Assembly (NCBI RefSeq): GCF_947489715.1
Contig: NZ_CANLER010000002.1
Span: 265,597 to 329,596, forward strand
Reading direction: 5' to 3'
Length of the DNA stretch: 64,000 nucleotides
Source of the DNA: an uncultured Roseovarius sp.
GTDB lineage: Bacteria > Pseudomonadota > Alphaproteobacteria > Rhodobacterales > Rhodobacteraceae
Within the stretch, counting starts at the first letter, position 1, and each line of letters opens with the position of its first letter. This document shows, piece after piece, positions 41,051 through 51,489 of this stretch. Below the pieces are notes generated by a model, which was not told where the DNA came from, did not search any database, and saw only the letters and a program-made list of their open reading frames with translations. The position numbers were made by a program, and so were the translations under genes.

Positions 41051-41428
41051 TTAACCGTTGATCCGCTGGGGTGCCCCGGTCGCCATGTTGATGCCCAGAT
41101 AGGGCAGTTTCGCCGCTTTCCACGCGCCAAAGCCGCCCCCCATATGGGCCACCTGCGTGATCCCGGCCTCAATGCAGGCCCGCGCCACCTTTTCCGACCG
41201 CACACCGCCCGCGCAATGGAATACCATCCGCTTGTCCGACTGCCCCGGCAACTTCTCGGCCCGAAAGAATGACATCGGCGACAACAGCGCGCCCTCGATA
41301 TGCTCCAACCCGTATTCCTGTACCGTGCGCACGTCGATCAGCACGATCTCGTCCGCCGCCCAGGCGCGTGCCACCTCGTCCACATTCCAGGTTTCCAGCA
41401 CCGCGTCGCCTATCTTTTCACTCTGCAT
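41051..41428 (-). CDS. Single-domain rhodanese-like protein
   Basis: LIDVRTVQEY...HIEGA...HCAGGVRS...HMGGGFGAW. Confidence 0.88.
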   Translation of the reverse strand: MQSEKIGDAVLETWNVDEVARAWAADEIVLIDVRTVQEYGLEHIEGALLSPMSFFRAEKLPGQSDKRMVFHCAGGVRSEKVARACIEAGITQVAHMGGGFGAWKAAKLPYLGINMATGAPQRING

Positions 41429-41540
41429 TACAGCCTCTTTCGGGATTGGGTTTCGTCCCCGAAATCTTATCTCGCATCGGCTTTGACCACCACCGTTATC
41501 CGGTTCCCGAATCGCGATATTTTGTGCTAAGTCTTGTGGC

Positions 41541-43376
41541 ATGGCCCAATCCGCCCCCCATATAAGCGAAAACCAGCCCGTTATTCGCCAACTCGACGAT
41601 GCCGCGATCAACCGCATTGCCGCCGGTGAAGTCGTTGAACGCCCGGCCTCTGCGGTCAAGGAACTGGTGGAAAACGCGCTGGATGCGGGGGCGACCCGGA
41701 TCGACATCGCCTATGCCGATGGCGGCAAGACCCTGATCCGCGTCACCGATAACGGCTGCGGCATCGCTCCCGGTGACCTGCCGCTGGCGCTGGCGCGCCA
41801 CGCCACCTCGAAAATCGACGGGTCCGACCTGCTGAACATCCACACTTTCGGCTTCCGGGGCGAGGCGCTGCCATCGCTTGGCGCCGTGGGTCGGTTGACC
41901 CTCACCTCGCGCGCCACCGGGCACGAGGCGGCGGAAATCACAGTCACCGGCGGGCAGGTGAACCCGGTCAGACCCGCCGCGCTGAACGCGGGCACCATCG
42001 TCACCCTGCGCGATCTTTTCTATGCCACCCCGGCGCGGCTCAAGTTCATGCGCACCGACCGGGCCGAGGCGCAGGCGATCACCGACACGGTCAAGCGCCT
42101 TGCCATGGCCGAACCCTTCGTGGGCTTCACTCTGCGCGACACGTCCGGTGGCGGCGAAGGCCGCGTCAGCTTCCGCGCCGATCCGGAAACCGGTGATCTA
42201 TTTGATGCGCTGCACGGCCGTCTGGCGCGCATTCTGGGGGCGGATTTCGCCGAAAACGCGCTCAGGATCGACGCCACCCGCGACGGGTTGCAGATGACCG
42301 GCTACGCCGCCCTGCCGACCTATTCGCGCGGCTCAAGCGTGGCGCAATACCTATTCGTCAATGGCCGCCCGGTGCGCGACAAGATGCTCTATGGCGCGCT
42401 CCGCGCTGCCTATCACGACTTCCTCAGCCGTGATCGCCACCCGGCGGCGGCGCTTTTTATCGACTGCGATCCGACGCTGGTGGATGTCAACGTGCACCCG
42501 GCGAAATCCGAGGTCCGGTTCCGCGATCCCGGCCTCGCCCGGGGCCTGATCGTCTCGGGCCTGCGGCATGCTCTGGCCGAGGCCGGGCACCGCGCGTCGA
42601 CTACCGTGGCGGGGGCCACGCTGGGGGCCTTCCGCCCTGAGCCCACCGGTCCGCGCATCTATCAGATGGATCGCGCGTCCCCCGTTGCCCGTGCCGCCGC
42701 GTATCAGGCGCAGGCCCCCGGCTTTGACGAAATGCGCAGCGATTACAGCGCCCGGGTCGAGCCGGTGATCGAAGAACCGGAAACCGCGTCGCAGGATCTG
42801 CCGCTTGGTGCCGCCCGCGCCCAGGTGCACGAAAACTACATCATCGCCCAGACCGCCGATGGCATGGTCATCGTCGATCAGCACGCCGCCCATGAACGGC
42901 TGGTCTATGAGCGGCTGAAAACCCAGATGGCCGAAAACGGCGTCGCCGGTCAGGCGCTGCTGATCCCCGAGATTGTCGAGATGTCCGACGGCGATAGCGC
43001 CCGTTTGATGGAACTTTCAGACGAACTTGCCACCCTGGGTCTGGTGATTGAACCATTCGGGCCGGGCACGATTGCCGTGCGCGAAACCCCCGCCATCCTG
43101 GGGCAATGCGATGCCCGTGCCATGGTACTCGATATCCTTGACGAACTGGCCGAACAGGGCGACAGCCTCAGTGTTCGCGCCCGGATCGAGGCCATTCTCA
43201 GCCGCGTCGCTTGTCATGGCTCCATCCGCTCCGGTCGCCGTATGCAGGCGGACGAGATGAACGCGCTTTTGCGCGAGATGGAGGCAACCCCGCATTCCGG
43301 CCAGTGCAACCACGGGCGGCCCACCTACGTTGAACTCAAACTGGCCGATATCGAACGGCTGTTCGGACGCACATGA
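41541..43376 (+). CDS. mutL: DNA mismatch repair protein MutL
   Basis: [35 protein letters not shown] and CNHGRPT motifs. Confidence 0.97.
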   Translation: MAQSAPHISENQPVIRQLDDAAINRIAAGEVVERPASAVKELVENALDAGATRIDIAYADGGKTLIRVTDNGCGIAPGDLPLALARHATSKIDGSDLLNIHTFGFRGEALPSLGAVGRLTLTSRATGHEAAEITVTGGQVNPVRPAALNAGTIVTLRDLFYATPARLKFMRTDRAEAQAITDTVKRLAMAEPFVGFTLRDTSGGGEGRVSFRADPETGDLFDALHGRLARILGADFAENALRIDATRDGLQMTGYAALPTYSRGSSVAQYLFVNGRPVRDKMLYGALRAAYHDFLSRDRHPAAALFIDCDPTLVDVNVHPAKSEVRFRDPGLARGLIVSGLRHALAEAGHRASTTVAGATLGAFRPEPTGPRIYQMDRASPVARAAAYQAQAPGFDEMRSDYSARVEPVIEEPETASQDLPLGAARAQVHENYIIAQTADGMVIVDQHAAHERLVYERLKTQMAENGVAGQALLIPEIVEMSDGDSARLMELSDELATLGLVIEPFGPGTIAVRETPAILGQCDARAMVLDILDELAEQGDSLSVRARIEAILSRVACHGSIRSGRRMQADEMNALLREMEATPHSGQCNHGRPTYVELKLADIERLFGRT

Positions 43377-44608
43377 TCCAGATCGGCAGTCACGCGTTTG
43401 ACCTCAATGACCCGGCGACCCTTGCGGCGCTGATCGGGGCCGGGATATTGCTGATCATCCTTGTCCTTCTGGTCATGACCGTGCGCGCCGCTGGCCGCTC
43501 GGCCCGGTCGGTCGATCAGGTCAGCCATCAGGTCGGACAGCTCAACCGCGATGTACAGACCCTGGGGCAGAACCAGCACCAGCTTTCCGGCAACCTGCAA
43601 ACCGTCAGCGAAACCCAGACCAACGCCCAGTTGCAGGTTATCCAGACGGTCGAATCCCGGCTTGCCGACGTGCAGTTGCAGATGAACGAAAAGCTGGCAG
43701 AAAACGCCCGCCGCTCTGCGCTTGCCCTCTCCGAGATGCAGGAACGGATGAAAGAATCCCTGCACGGCTCGTCGGAAAAGACAACCGAATCCCTGACTCA
43801 GTTGCAAGAACGGTTGGCCACGATCGACAAGGCCCAGACCAATATCGAAAAGCTCAGCGGTGACGTGCTGACTCTGCAGGACATCCTCAGCAACAAGCAG
43901 ACCCGTGGGGCCTTTGGCGAAATCCAGCTAACCGATATCGTGTCCAAGGCGCTGCCTTCGGACAGTTACACGATGCAACACACGCTTTCGAACGGGAAGC
44001 GCGCCGATTGCCTCATTCACCTGCCCAATCCGCCGGGCCCCATCTGCATAGACAGCAAGTTCCCGCTGGAGGCCTACGAGGCGCTGCGCAACGCGTCCAG
44101 CGACTGGGAGGCGAACGAGGCCGCCAAGTTTCTGCGCAGCTCCGTCAAAAAACACATCAAGGATATTTCCGAGAAATACATCCTCGATGGTGAAACCGCC
44201 GATGGCGCGCTGATGTTTCTGCCGTCCGAGGCGGTCTATGCCGAGTTGCACGCCAATTTTCCCGAACTGGTGCGTGACGGTTTTGCCGCCCGGGTTTGGA
44301 TCGTGTCGCCCACCACCTGCATGGCGACGCTGAACACCATGCGTGCGATCCTGAAAGATGCCCGGATGCGCGAACAGGCGGGCGCCATCCGCAAGGCGCT
44401 GAAGCAGCTTCACCGCGATGTCGAAATCATCGGCGAAAAGGCCGGCAAGCTGGAAACCCATCTGCGTCAGGCCGGGGATGATGTCTCGGGCGTGATCACC
44501 GCCGCCACCCGCGCCGGGAAACGCGCCGACCGGCTCGACAATTTCGATTTCGAGGAACTGGCCCCCGACGCCGACCCGACCATCGTGCAACTGGCCAAGG
44601 ATCGCTGA
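43373..44608 (+). CDS. rmuC: DNA recombination protein RmuC
   Basis: N-terminal TM, coiled coil, RGAFGE, IDSKFP and FLPSEA motifs. Confidence 0.9.
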   Translation: MIQIGSHAFDLNDPATLAALIGAGILLIILVLLVMTVRAAGRSARSVDQVSHQVGQLNRDVQTLGQNQHQLSGNLQTVSETQTNAQLQVIQTVESRLADVQLQMNEKLAENARRSALALSEMQERMKESLHGSSEKTTESLTQLQERLATIDKAQTNIEKLSGDVLTLQDILSNKQTRGAFGEIQLTDIVSKALPSDSYTMQHTLSNGKRADCLIHLPNPPGPICIDSKFPLEAYEALRNASSDWEANEAAKFLRSSVKKHIKDISEKYILDGETADGALMFLPSEAVYAELHANFPELVRDGFAARVWIVSPTTCMATLNTMRAILKDARMREQAGAIRKALKQLHRDVEIIGEKAGKLETHLRQAGDDVSGVITAATRAGKRADRLDNFDFEELAPDADPTIVQLAKDR

Positions 44609-44625
44609 ACGGTCGCCGCGGGCAC

Positions 44626-44641
44626 GATTGTGTACACAATC
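44626..44641. promoter_or_regulatory. Perfect 16-bp palindrome GATTGTGTACACAATC upstream of a GNAT gene
   Basis: Seen directly; followed by two further TACAC half-repeats. Confidence 0.4.
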
Positions 44642-44744
44642 CGCGTACACAGTTTACACTATTGCAACTCTGACCTCTGGTTTTCCCGCTGCGAACCGCG
44701 ATAAGCTTGCTCCATTCGTATGACCTCAGAAACAGGCCGCTCAT

Positions 44745-45194
44745 ATGTCAGATCACGTTACCATCCGCCCGATTGAACCCGCCGACAAGGCGCAATGGCA
44801 CGCGCTTTGGACAGCCTATCTGGAATTCTATGAAAGCAGCGTTTCCGACGCGGTCTATGAGGCCACGTTCGAACGACTCTGTTCGCATAAGCGCCAGAAT
44901 CAAAAGGCTTTTGTTGCTGTCCAAGGTGGCGATCTGGTGGGGCTGGTGCATTACATCTACCACCCCCATAATTGGCGGCTCGAAGATGTCTGCTATCTTC
45001 AGGATCTCTATGCCGACCCGGCCGTGCGCGGCACCGGGGTGGGCCGCAAACTGATCGAGGCGGTCTATGCGGCCGCCGATACCGATGGCTGTCCGTCGGT
45101 CTACTGGCTGACGCAGGATTTCAATAAAGAGGCCCGAAAACTCTATGACCGGATCGCCACGCTGACCCCGTTCATTAAATACGCGCGGTCGTGA
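44745..45194 (+). CDS. GNAT family N-acetyltransferase
   Basis: YLQDLY...VRGTGVGRKLI; YWLT...ARKLYDR. Confidence 0.88.
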   Translation: MSDHVTIRPIEPADKAQWHALWTAYLEFYESSVSDAVYEATFERLCSHKRQNQKAFVAVQGGDLVGLVHYIYHPHNWRLEDVCYLQDLYADPAVRGTGVGRKLIEAVYAAADTDGCPSVYWLTQDFNKEARKLYDRIATLTPFIKYARS

Positions 45195-45219
45195 AACCCT
45201 GCGTTTTCAATGGGTTGCG

Positions 45220-46062
45220 TCAATCCCTGTGCTGGCGGTTATAGCCGTTGACCGGGGGGCTTTGCCAACCGTCCAGTGCGCCTGGGGCGGGGGCGAAAAC
45301 CTCGACCAGCAGCGGGAAACAGGCCGCCTCGTCGCTGGAATGCTCAGACGAACAATCCCCGCCCGGGCAGGCCGACAGCGCGCCCAGAAGGTCAATTTCT
45401 GCAAAGAATTCAAGGTGATCGCCGGGGCGGACGGGGCTGGCTTTCATGAAGTATTGCCCGGTGTCGCGGGTAAAACCGGTGCACATGAAGACGTTGAGAA
45501 CGTCGTGCACATGCGGTTCGGCCTCAGCGTATGACATGCCGGTATCTTCGGCTAAGGCCCTGATAAGATTGGAATGACAGCAATGGTGATAGTGTGATCC
45601 GCTCAGCAGATTGCCGGTGTAGGGATCGCATCTGGTGCCGATCACATCATGGACCGAACCGCCGAATTCGTCGATCCCATACCAGCCCAGCGTGTCAGTG
45701 GTAATCGTCGCCATTGGGCGCAGGGTCGGGAAAGAGGACCACATCCGCTCACCCACGCTCAGGTGCGTGCCGTGCAGCGCGCGCGATTTGCCGGAATAGA
45801 AACGCTCGGACAAGTCATTGGAATTCCAGAGATTTAGATCGCCCACCTGCGGCCCGTCGACCGAGCTGATGCGAAAGAACTGCCCGGCGGGCACTCGGAA
45901 ACAGGCGGCTTCGCGGGCCGGAACCAAAACCTCATCCGTCTTCTCCGCCGTCTGTCGCGCCGCCTGATAGTGCGCCAGATCGGGGGCTGGCAGGGTGTCG
46001 TTAGGATAGCAAATCACCGGCTTCACTGCGCGGCGGATTTCGGCGTCGGAGGGGATGGTCAT
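45220..46062 (-). CDS. Urea carboxylase-associated family protein (DUF1989)
   Basis: GPQVGDLN, HDVIGTRCDPY, CHSNL, LNVFM and SACPGGD motifs. Confidence 0.85.
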   Translation of the reverse strand: MTIPSDAEIRRAVKPVICYPNDTLPAPDLAHYQAARQTAEKTDEVLVPAREAACFRVPAGQFFRISSVDGPQVGDLNLWNSNDLSERFYSGKSRALHGTHLSVGERMWSSFPTLRPMATITTDTLGWYGIDEFGGSVHDVIGTRCDPYTGNLLSGSHYHHCCHSNLIRALAEDTGMSYAEAEPHVHDVLNVFMCTGFTRDTGQYFMKASPVRPGDHLEFFAEIDLLGALSACPGGDCSSEHSSDEAACFPLLVEVFAPAPGALDGWQSPPVNGYNRQHRD

Positions 46063-46172
46063 GGCTGTGTCCTTGGGTCAATCGGGGTCACTCTAGACCC
46101 GAAATTTCCAAAGGCAACGGCATGTCTGGCGCCTGGTGATGTGAATCGGGGTTAATACACTGGAATCACGGC

Positions 46173-46243
46173 ATTTTCGAAATCGGTATAACGTCGGTAT
46201 TTTGTCGGTATTACGTCGGTGCGAAATACCGAAATGCGGCGCG
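46173..46243. repeat. Array of four 11-bp units (TCGGT core) plus one inverted unit, copy B of the dispersed element
   Basis: Units at 46181, 46192, 46203 and 46214; inverted aataccgaaat at 46225; flanks ATTTTCGA and AAATGCGGCGCG. Confidence 0.82.
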
Positions 46244-46284
46244 CACGCCGGGATTAACAGAGCGCGCGGTTGTCGGCGATACGC

Positions 46285-46307
46285 GGTGGGGTGAAACACC
46301 ACCCTAC
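46285..46307 (-). repeat. REP-like hairpin with GTAG 5' tetranucleotide
   Basis: Minus strand GTAG-GGTGG-tgtttcacc-CCACC, just 3' of ecm. Confidence 0.6.
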
Positions 46308-46324
46308 CACATGCCCGGCCAGAG

Positions 46325-48304
46325 TTATTCGGCGGCGACGGCCTTGGGATCGGCCAGCGTAACGATGTCCATCATGATCGTGTTCAGCTCAAAATCCTTG
46401 GGCGTGTAGACCCGCGCGACGCCCATTTCCAAGAGTCGCCGGGCGTCATCGTCGGGGATGATGCCCCCCACGATCACCGGCACATCGCCCAGACCCGCAG
46501 CTCGCATCCGCTCCATCAGCTCTTCGACCAAGGGCAGGTGCGAGCCGGAGAGGATCGAGAGACCAACCACATGGGCCTTGTCCTCAAGCGCGGCATTCAC
46601 GATCTCCTCGGGCGTCAGGCGGATGCCTTCATAGCCGATATCCATGCCGCAATCACGGGCACGGAAGGCGATCTGTTCGGCCCCGTTGGAGTGTCCGTCA
46701 AGCCCGGGCTTGCCGACGAGGAACTTGAGGCGGCGGCCCAAACGGTCGCTGACCGTGTTCACCGCATCGCGGATTTCGTCCAACCCTTCGGTCTTGTTCG
46801 ACGGGCTGGCGGAGACACCCGTGGGTCCGCGATATTCGCCGTGAATCTGGCGCATCTGCGCCGCCCATTCGCCGGTGGTAACCCCGACCTTGGCGGCCTT
46901 GATCGAGGCGGGCATGACGTTTTCGCCCTTGGCGGCGGCCTCCCGCAACTCGGCAAGCGCCGCTTTTACCGCCTCGGCGTCGCGGTCACTGCGCCACTCG
47001 TTCAGACGCGCGATCTGTTCAGCCTCGACCGCCGGGTCGACCACCATGATGCCACCATCGCCGGTCATCAGCGGGCTGGCCTCGCCTTCGGTCCATTTGT
47101 TGACGCCGACGACAACGGTTTCATTCTTTTCGATCCGGTTCAGACGTTCAGCGTTCGAATCCACCAGCCGCGATTTCATGTACTCGATGGAGCCGATGGC
47201 ACCGCCCATGCTGCCCAGATTGGCCAGTTCGTGCCGCGCGCCATCTTTCAGCGCTTCGACCTTGGCATCGACCGCCGGGTTACCTTCGAAAAGGTCATCG
47301 AATTCCAGAAGGTCGGTTTCATAGGCCAGGATCTGCTGCATCCGCATCGACCATTGCTGATCCCAGGGGCGCGGCAGGCCAAGCGCTTCGTTCCACGCCG
47401 GAAGCTGTACCGCGCGGGCGCGGGCCTTTTTCGAAAGCGTGACTGCCAGCATTTCGATCAGGATGCGGTAGACGTTGTTTTCGGGCTGCTGTTCGGTCAG
47501 CCCTAGCGAATTGACCTGCACGCCGTAACGGAAACGGCGGAATTTCGGATCCTCGACACCGTAGCGATCCTGCAGGATTTCATCCCAGAGATCGACGAAG
47601 GCGCGCATCTTGCACATCTCGGTGACGAAACGGATGCCAGCATTGACGAAGAAGGAAATCCGACCGGCAAGGGCGGGGAAATCGGCGGCCGGGACACGCG
47701 GTTTCAGCTCGTCCAGCACGGCGATGGCGGTGGCGAGCGCGAAGGCCAGTTCCTGTTCGGGTGTGGCACCAGCCTCTTGCAGGTGATAGGAACACACGTT
47801 CATCGGGTTCCATTTCGGCACGTGGGTATAGCAATATTCAGCCACGTCGCCGATCATCTTGAGGCTGGGTTTCGGCGGGCAGATATACGTGCCGCGCGAA
47901 AGGTATTCCTTGATCAGATCATTCTGCACCGTGCCCTGCAATTTACCGACATCGGCGCCTTGTTCCTCGGCCACGGCGATATAGAGCGCCAGCAGCCAGG
48001 GTGCGGTGGCGTTGATCGTCATCGACGTGTTCATCTGTTCCAGCGGGATCTGGTCGAAAAGCGCGCGCATGTCGCCAAAATGCGAGACCGGCACGCCGAC
48101 CTTGCCGACCTCACCGCGTGCGAGCACGTGGTCGCTGTCATAGCCGGTCTGGGTGGGCAGATCGAAGGCGACGGAGAGGCCGGTCTGGCCCTTGGCGAGG
48201 TTCGAGCGGTAGAGCGCGTTTGACGCCTTGGCGGTGGAGTGACCGGCATAGGTCCGGATCAGCCAGGGGCGGTCGGTTTTGCGGTCTTTCTGCATCTGCG
48301 ACAT
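46325..48304 (-). CDS. ecm: Ethylmalonyl-CoA mutase (B12-dependent, MeaA)
   Basis: RTYAGHS, GLSVAFDLPTQTGYD, KPGLDGHSNG (B12 DxH motif); near ccr. Confidence 0.92.
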   Translation of the reverse strand: MSQMQKDRKTDRPWLIRTYAGHSTAKASNALYRSNLAKGQTGLSVAFDLPTQTGYDSDHVLARGEVGKVGVPVSHFGDMRALFDQIPLEQMNTSMTINATAPWLLALYIAVAEEQGADVGKLQGTVQNDLIKEYLSRGTYICPPKPSLKMIGDVAEYCYTHVPKWNPMNVCSYHLQEAGATPEQELAFALATAIAVLDELKPRVPAADFPALAGRISFFVNAGIRFVTEMCKMRAFVDLWDEILQDRYGVEDPKFRRFRYGVQVNSLGLTEQQPENNVYRILIEMLAVTLSKKARARAVQLPAWNEALGLPRPWDQQWSMRMQQILAYETDLLEFDDLFEGNPAVDAKVEALKDGARHELANLGSMGGAIGSIEYMKSRLVDSNAERLNRIEKNETVVVGVNKWTEGEASPLMTGDGGIMVVDPAVEAEQIARLNEWRSDRDAEAVKAALAELREAAAKGENVMPASIKAAKVGVTTGEWAAQMRQIHGEYRGPTGVSASPSNKTEGLDEIRDAVNTVSDRLGRRLKFLVGKPGLDGHSNGAEQIAFRARDCGMDIGYEGIRLTPEEIVNAALEDKAHVVGLSILSGSHLPLVEELMERMRAAGLGDVPVIVGGIIPDDDARRLLEMGVARVYTPKDFELNTIMMDIVTLADPKAVAAE

Positions 48305-48384
48305 AGTGGGACCTCGTGAATCAGCTTGCGCAATTTTGTTACGTTAGGCGATTGATACTTGGAAGATTATACCGATGTCAATTC

Positions 48385-48398
48385 GCTGCGTTGCAGCA
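48385..48398. promoter_or_regulatory. GCTGC-GTT-GCAGC palindrome upstream of ecm (PhaR-like site)
   Basis: TGCGTTGCAGCA fits a TGCRNYGCASMA-type consensus recalled from the PhaR literature. Confidence 0.45.
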
Positions 48399-48527
48399 AC
48401 CGACACGGGTGTTGACCAATTCATCTTGACCGATGAGCCTGCAAACTCTAGGGCAAGACCGCAGCGCAACCGCCCTGCATGTCCGTTTTGATGAGGGCTG
48501 ACGATGATCGGACAACAAGAAATCATG

Positions 48528-49301
48528 TATGATATAGATACAATTTACATCGCCGTCGGCCTGATGGTTCTCATGCTGATAGCGATGATTATCGGCTATC
48601 TGGTCGGCGACAAGCGCAAGCGGAATGCCTCGGAAGAATTCAGATCGCAGACCACCGCGGTTCAGGGGTCGTTGCTGGGTCTGTTGGCACTGCTGTTGGG
48701 TTTCACCTTTTCGCTGGCCCTGGCGCGGCATGATGCGCGGTCGGCGTCGATCGTCGAAGAGGCCAATGCCATCGGCACCGCGTGGCTGCGCATTGATTAC
48801 CTGCCCGAAGCCATGCAGGAAGAGGTTCGGGTCGATCTGCGGCGGTATCTGCGGTTGCGGGCCGAAGCGGGCGAGGTGACGGCCGACCAGAAACAGCGCC
48901 GGGCGCGGCTGGTGGCCAATGCTGAAGGCGCGTTTGAGGAACTGTGGGAAGCCGCCGCACAGGCGACGCAGAACCCCGGCGGCCCGGCGGCGGTCGCGTT
49001 CGCGGCCTCATTGAACGATATGATTGATGCCCTGAGCAGTCGGAATGCCACGATCGAACGCCACGTCCCCGAGGTTGTGCTGATGATGATGTTCCTGACA
49101 TTCATCCTGTCGGGTGCGATGCTGGGCTATTCCTCGGGTATTGCGGGCAGCAAACCCGCCACACCGGTCTATCTGATGCTGTTGTTGATCGTGTTGCTGG
49201 TGTTCATGATCGTTGATCTGGACCGGCCACGGCGAGGGTTGATCGAGGTGGATCAATCACCCATGAGCGCGCTACTGGCAGCAATCAAGGCCGAGAAATA
49301 A
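48528..49301 (+). CDS. Hypothetical membrane protein (DUF4239-like)
   Basis: LGLLALLLGFTF...EEANAIGTAW...DLDRPRRGLI pattern. Confidence 0.7.
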   Translation, partial: YDIDTIYIAVGLMVLMLIAMIIGYLVGDKRKRNASEEFRSQTTAVQGSLLGLLALLLGFTFSLALARHDARSASIVEEANAIGTAWLRIDYLPEAMQEEVRVDLRRYLRLRAEAGEVTADQKQRRARLVANAEGAFEELWEAAAQATQNPGGPAAVAFAASLNDMIDALSSRNATIERHVPEVVLMMMFLTFILSGAMLGYSSGIAGSKPATPVYLMLLLIVLLVFMIVDLDRPRRGLIEVDQSPMSALLAAIKAEK

Positions 49302-49313
49302 CCCTCGTTCGGC

Positions 49314-49925
49314 TTATGGCCGATCAAGCGCGCATTGCATCGCCGTCGCCTGGCGGAAGCCGAAGATATGCCGCAAGGGGCCGGTATGGGTGGTGTCGAT
49401 GGCGACGAACCCTTCGCGTTCATAGAGTGCACGGGCGCGCGGGTTGCTGTCGATCACGTCCAGCCTGACGGCAGAAAGACCGGATTGCCGCGCGTGGGAC
49501 TTGATCGCACTCAGCAGCGCGGTGCCCACACCTTTGCCCCGCGCGGCCGCGCCGACACAGATGCCGTCCATCAACAGGATGCCGGGCTGAATCTCGCGCT
49601 CCAGCGTTGACAAAATCAGCCCGCGCCAGGTGCCGCCAATCCAGCCATAGGCGCGGGTCATGTCGCGGAGGGATCCGCCGGTCAGGCTGCCCTCGCTAGT
49701 CTTGAACCCGGCGATGCCCAACAATGTGCCGTCGCGGTCCACAGCCGACAATGCGTAATCCGGGTTCATGGTGGCCTCGAAAAACCCACAGGCGCGGGTG
49801 TCCGGCCCCATGATCTTGCCAAGCTTGCCTTTGAAAGCGTCCCAATACAGCGCCGCTGCGGTGGCGCGATGGGAGGGCGCGAAACCGTTGTGTATCGAAA
49901 AATCCGCCAAGGTATCCTCGTTCAT
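49314..49925 (-). CDS. GNAT family N-acetyltransferase
   Basis: DGICV...ARGKGVGTALL...LDVIDSNPRARALYEREGF; only the C-terminal part of the tracked ORF. Confidence 0.82.
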   Translation of the reverse strand: MNEDTLADFSIHNGFAPSHRATAAALYWDAFKGKLGKIMGPDTRACGFFEATMNPDYALSAVDRDGTLLGIAGFKTSEGSLTGGSLRDMTRAYGWIGGTWRGLILSTLEREIQPGILLMDGICVGAAARGKGVGTALLSAIKSHARQSGLSAVRLDVIDSNPRARALYEREGFVAIDTTHTGPLRHIFGFRQATAMQCALDRP

Positions 49926-49976
49926 TATTACCGAACAGATATTTACCCTGCGCGCCAATACTGCAAGAGTCCCCGC

Positions 49977-51347
49977 ATGACACGTGCTGTTGAAATGCCG
50001 CTTTGGGCGCTGGTTCTGCTGCTGCTGTTCGCGGCGGTGACCTTTGCCTCGCATTTCCTGTTTCCATCGGTGCGCTGGTTTTTCCGCCGCCGGATGGAGC
50101 GGGCGGTGTCGCGGCTGAACCAGCGGCTGGAGCGCCCGATCGAGCCGTTCAAGTTGGCGCGGCGCTATGACATGATCCAGCGGCTGATCTATGACCCCGA
50201 GGTGACGCAGGCGGTGGCGGATCATGCCAAGGCCGAGGGAATCCCCGAAAACGTGGCGTTTGAGCAGGCCAAGAGATATGCGCGCGAAATCGTGCCCGGA
50301 TTTTCCGCGATGGCCTATTTCGGCGTGGCGATCAAGCTGGCCAAATGGTTGAGCAGTTCGCTCTACCGGGTGCGGCTGGGGCATTTCGACGAAGCAACCC
50401 TTAGCAAGATCGACAAGAACGCGACGGTGGTTTTCGTGATGAACCACCGCAGTAACATGGATTACGTGCTGGTGACCTGGCTGGCGGCAGAGCGGTCGGC
50501 GCTGAGCTATGCGGTGGGCGAATGGGCGCGGGTCTGGCCGCTGAGCAAGCTGATCAAGGCGATGGGCGCCTATTTCATCCGGCGCAAATCGCGCAATGAT
50601 CTCTATCGCCGGGTGCTGGCGCGCTATGTCGGGTTGGCAACCGACGGCGGCGTTACGCAGGCGATGTTCCCCGAGGGCGGGCTGAGCCTGGATGGCAAGC
50701 TGGCCCCGCCCAAACTGGGATTGCTGAAATATATCGTCGAAGGGCGCAATGATACCTCGCGGGATGTGGTGTTTGTGCCCGTCGCAGTGAATTATGACCG
50801 GGTGTTCGAAGATCGGATCCTGGTGGCAGCCGGGCAAAAGGGCGAACGACGGTTCAGGGCGCGGATCAGCGTCGTCACACGGTTTATCTTTCGCCAGATC
50901 CGGCTGCGGATCACCGGTAAATATCATCGCCACGGCTATGCCGCTGCCAGCTTTGGCGCGCCGGTGTCACTGAACACGTTTCAGCAGGAACACCCGCGCG
51001 GCGATGTCAAGGATCTGGCCCGACTGCTGATGCAGCGGATCGGCGAGGAAGTACCGGTGCTGCCGGTGCCACTGGTGGCGCGCGCGATGATGCTTTCGGA
51101 TGATCCGATGACGCGCAGCGAGCTGGAGGCAGAAGTCCATAAGATGACGGTGCAACTGCCGCAGGCGCATGTCCATATGCCCCGCGAAGACGACGCCTAT
51201 GCCGTCGAGGTCGGCCTGCGCAACCTGATCAAGCGCGGGCTGGTCGCAGAACGCGAGGAAAAGCTGTCTCTGGTCAACAATGAACGGCCTATCGTGGCCT
51301 ATTATGCAGCCTCGATTGAGCATCTATTTCGCACTCGCAGCGAGTAA
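49977..51347 (+). CDS. Glycerol-3-phosphate acyltransferase-like (PlsB/PlsC superfamily) protein
   Basis: NHRSNMD, GAYFIRR, FPEGGLS and FVPVAVNYD motifs. Confidence 0.85.
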   Translation: MTRAVEMPLWALVLLLLFAAVTFASHFLFPSVRWFFRRRMERAVSRLNQRLERPIEPFKLARRYDMIQRLIYDPEVTQAVADHAKAEGIPENVAFEQAKRYAREIVPGFSAMAYFGVAIKLAKWLSSSLYRVRLGHFDEATLSKIDKNATVVFVMNHRSNMDYVLVTWLAAERSALSYAVGEWARVWPLSKLIKAMGAYFIRRKSRNDLYRRVLARYVGLATDGGVTQAMFPEGGLSLDGKLAPPKLGLLKYIVEGRNDTSRDVVFVPVAVNYDRVFEDRILVAAGQKGERRFRARISVVTRFIFRQIRLRITGKYHRHGYAAASFGAPVSLNTFQQEHPRGDVKDLARLLMQRIGEEVPVLPVPLVARAMMLSDDPMTRSELEAEVHKMTVQLPQAHVHMPREDDAYAVEVGLRNLIKRGLVAEREEKLSLVNNERPIVAYYAASIEHLFRTRSE

Positions 51348-51449
51348 CGGTGTATTTTTCTGCAACTGCTCGGTTATAAAATTACAAAAACCACCCCAAC
51401 GGCATTGCATTGTTGCGTGACCACCGCTAGTTATTGGCCGGAAATCGCG

Positions 51450-51468
51450 ATTCTGCATCGCGGCGAAA
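51450..51468. promoter_or_regulatory. ATTCTGCATCGCGGCGAAA upstream of ccr (PhaR-like; matches the mcl2 site)
   Basis: 16/19 identity to 24704-24722. Confidence 0.45.
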
Positions 51469-51489
51469 CGCTCTGATATGGAGGCCCAA

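Noticed and set aside
48305-48527. Cobalamin riboswitch upstream of the B12-dependent ecm
   Set aside because: No B12-box or GCAACTGT-type conserved elements visible
49926-50933. N-terminal 335 aa of the tracked 539-aa ORF, suggesting a large GNAT fusion
   Set aside because: This part is antisense to the acyltransferase gene; only the last ~203 aa look like a real GNAT
51348-51440. PccR/RamB (TTTGCAAA-N4-TTTGCAAA) or sigma-54 site upstream of ccr
   Set aside because: GTTATAAA/ATTACAAA are adjacent rather than 4 nt apart, and the GG...GC spacing is off by 2 for sigma-54
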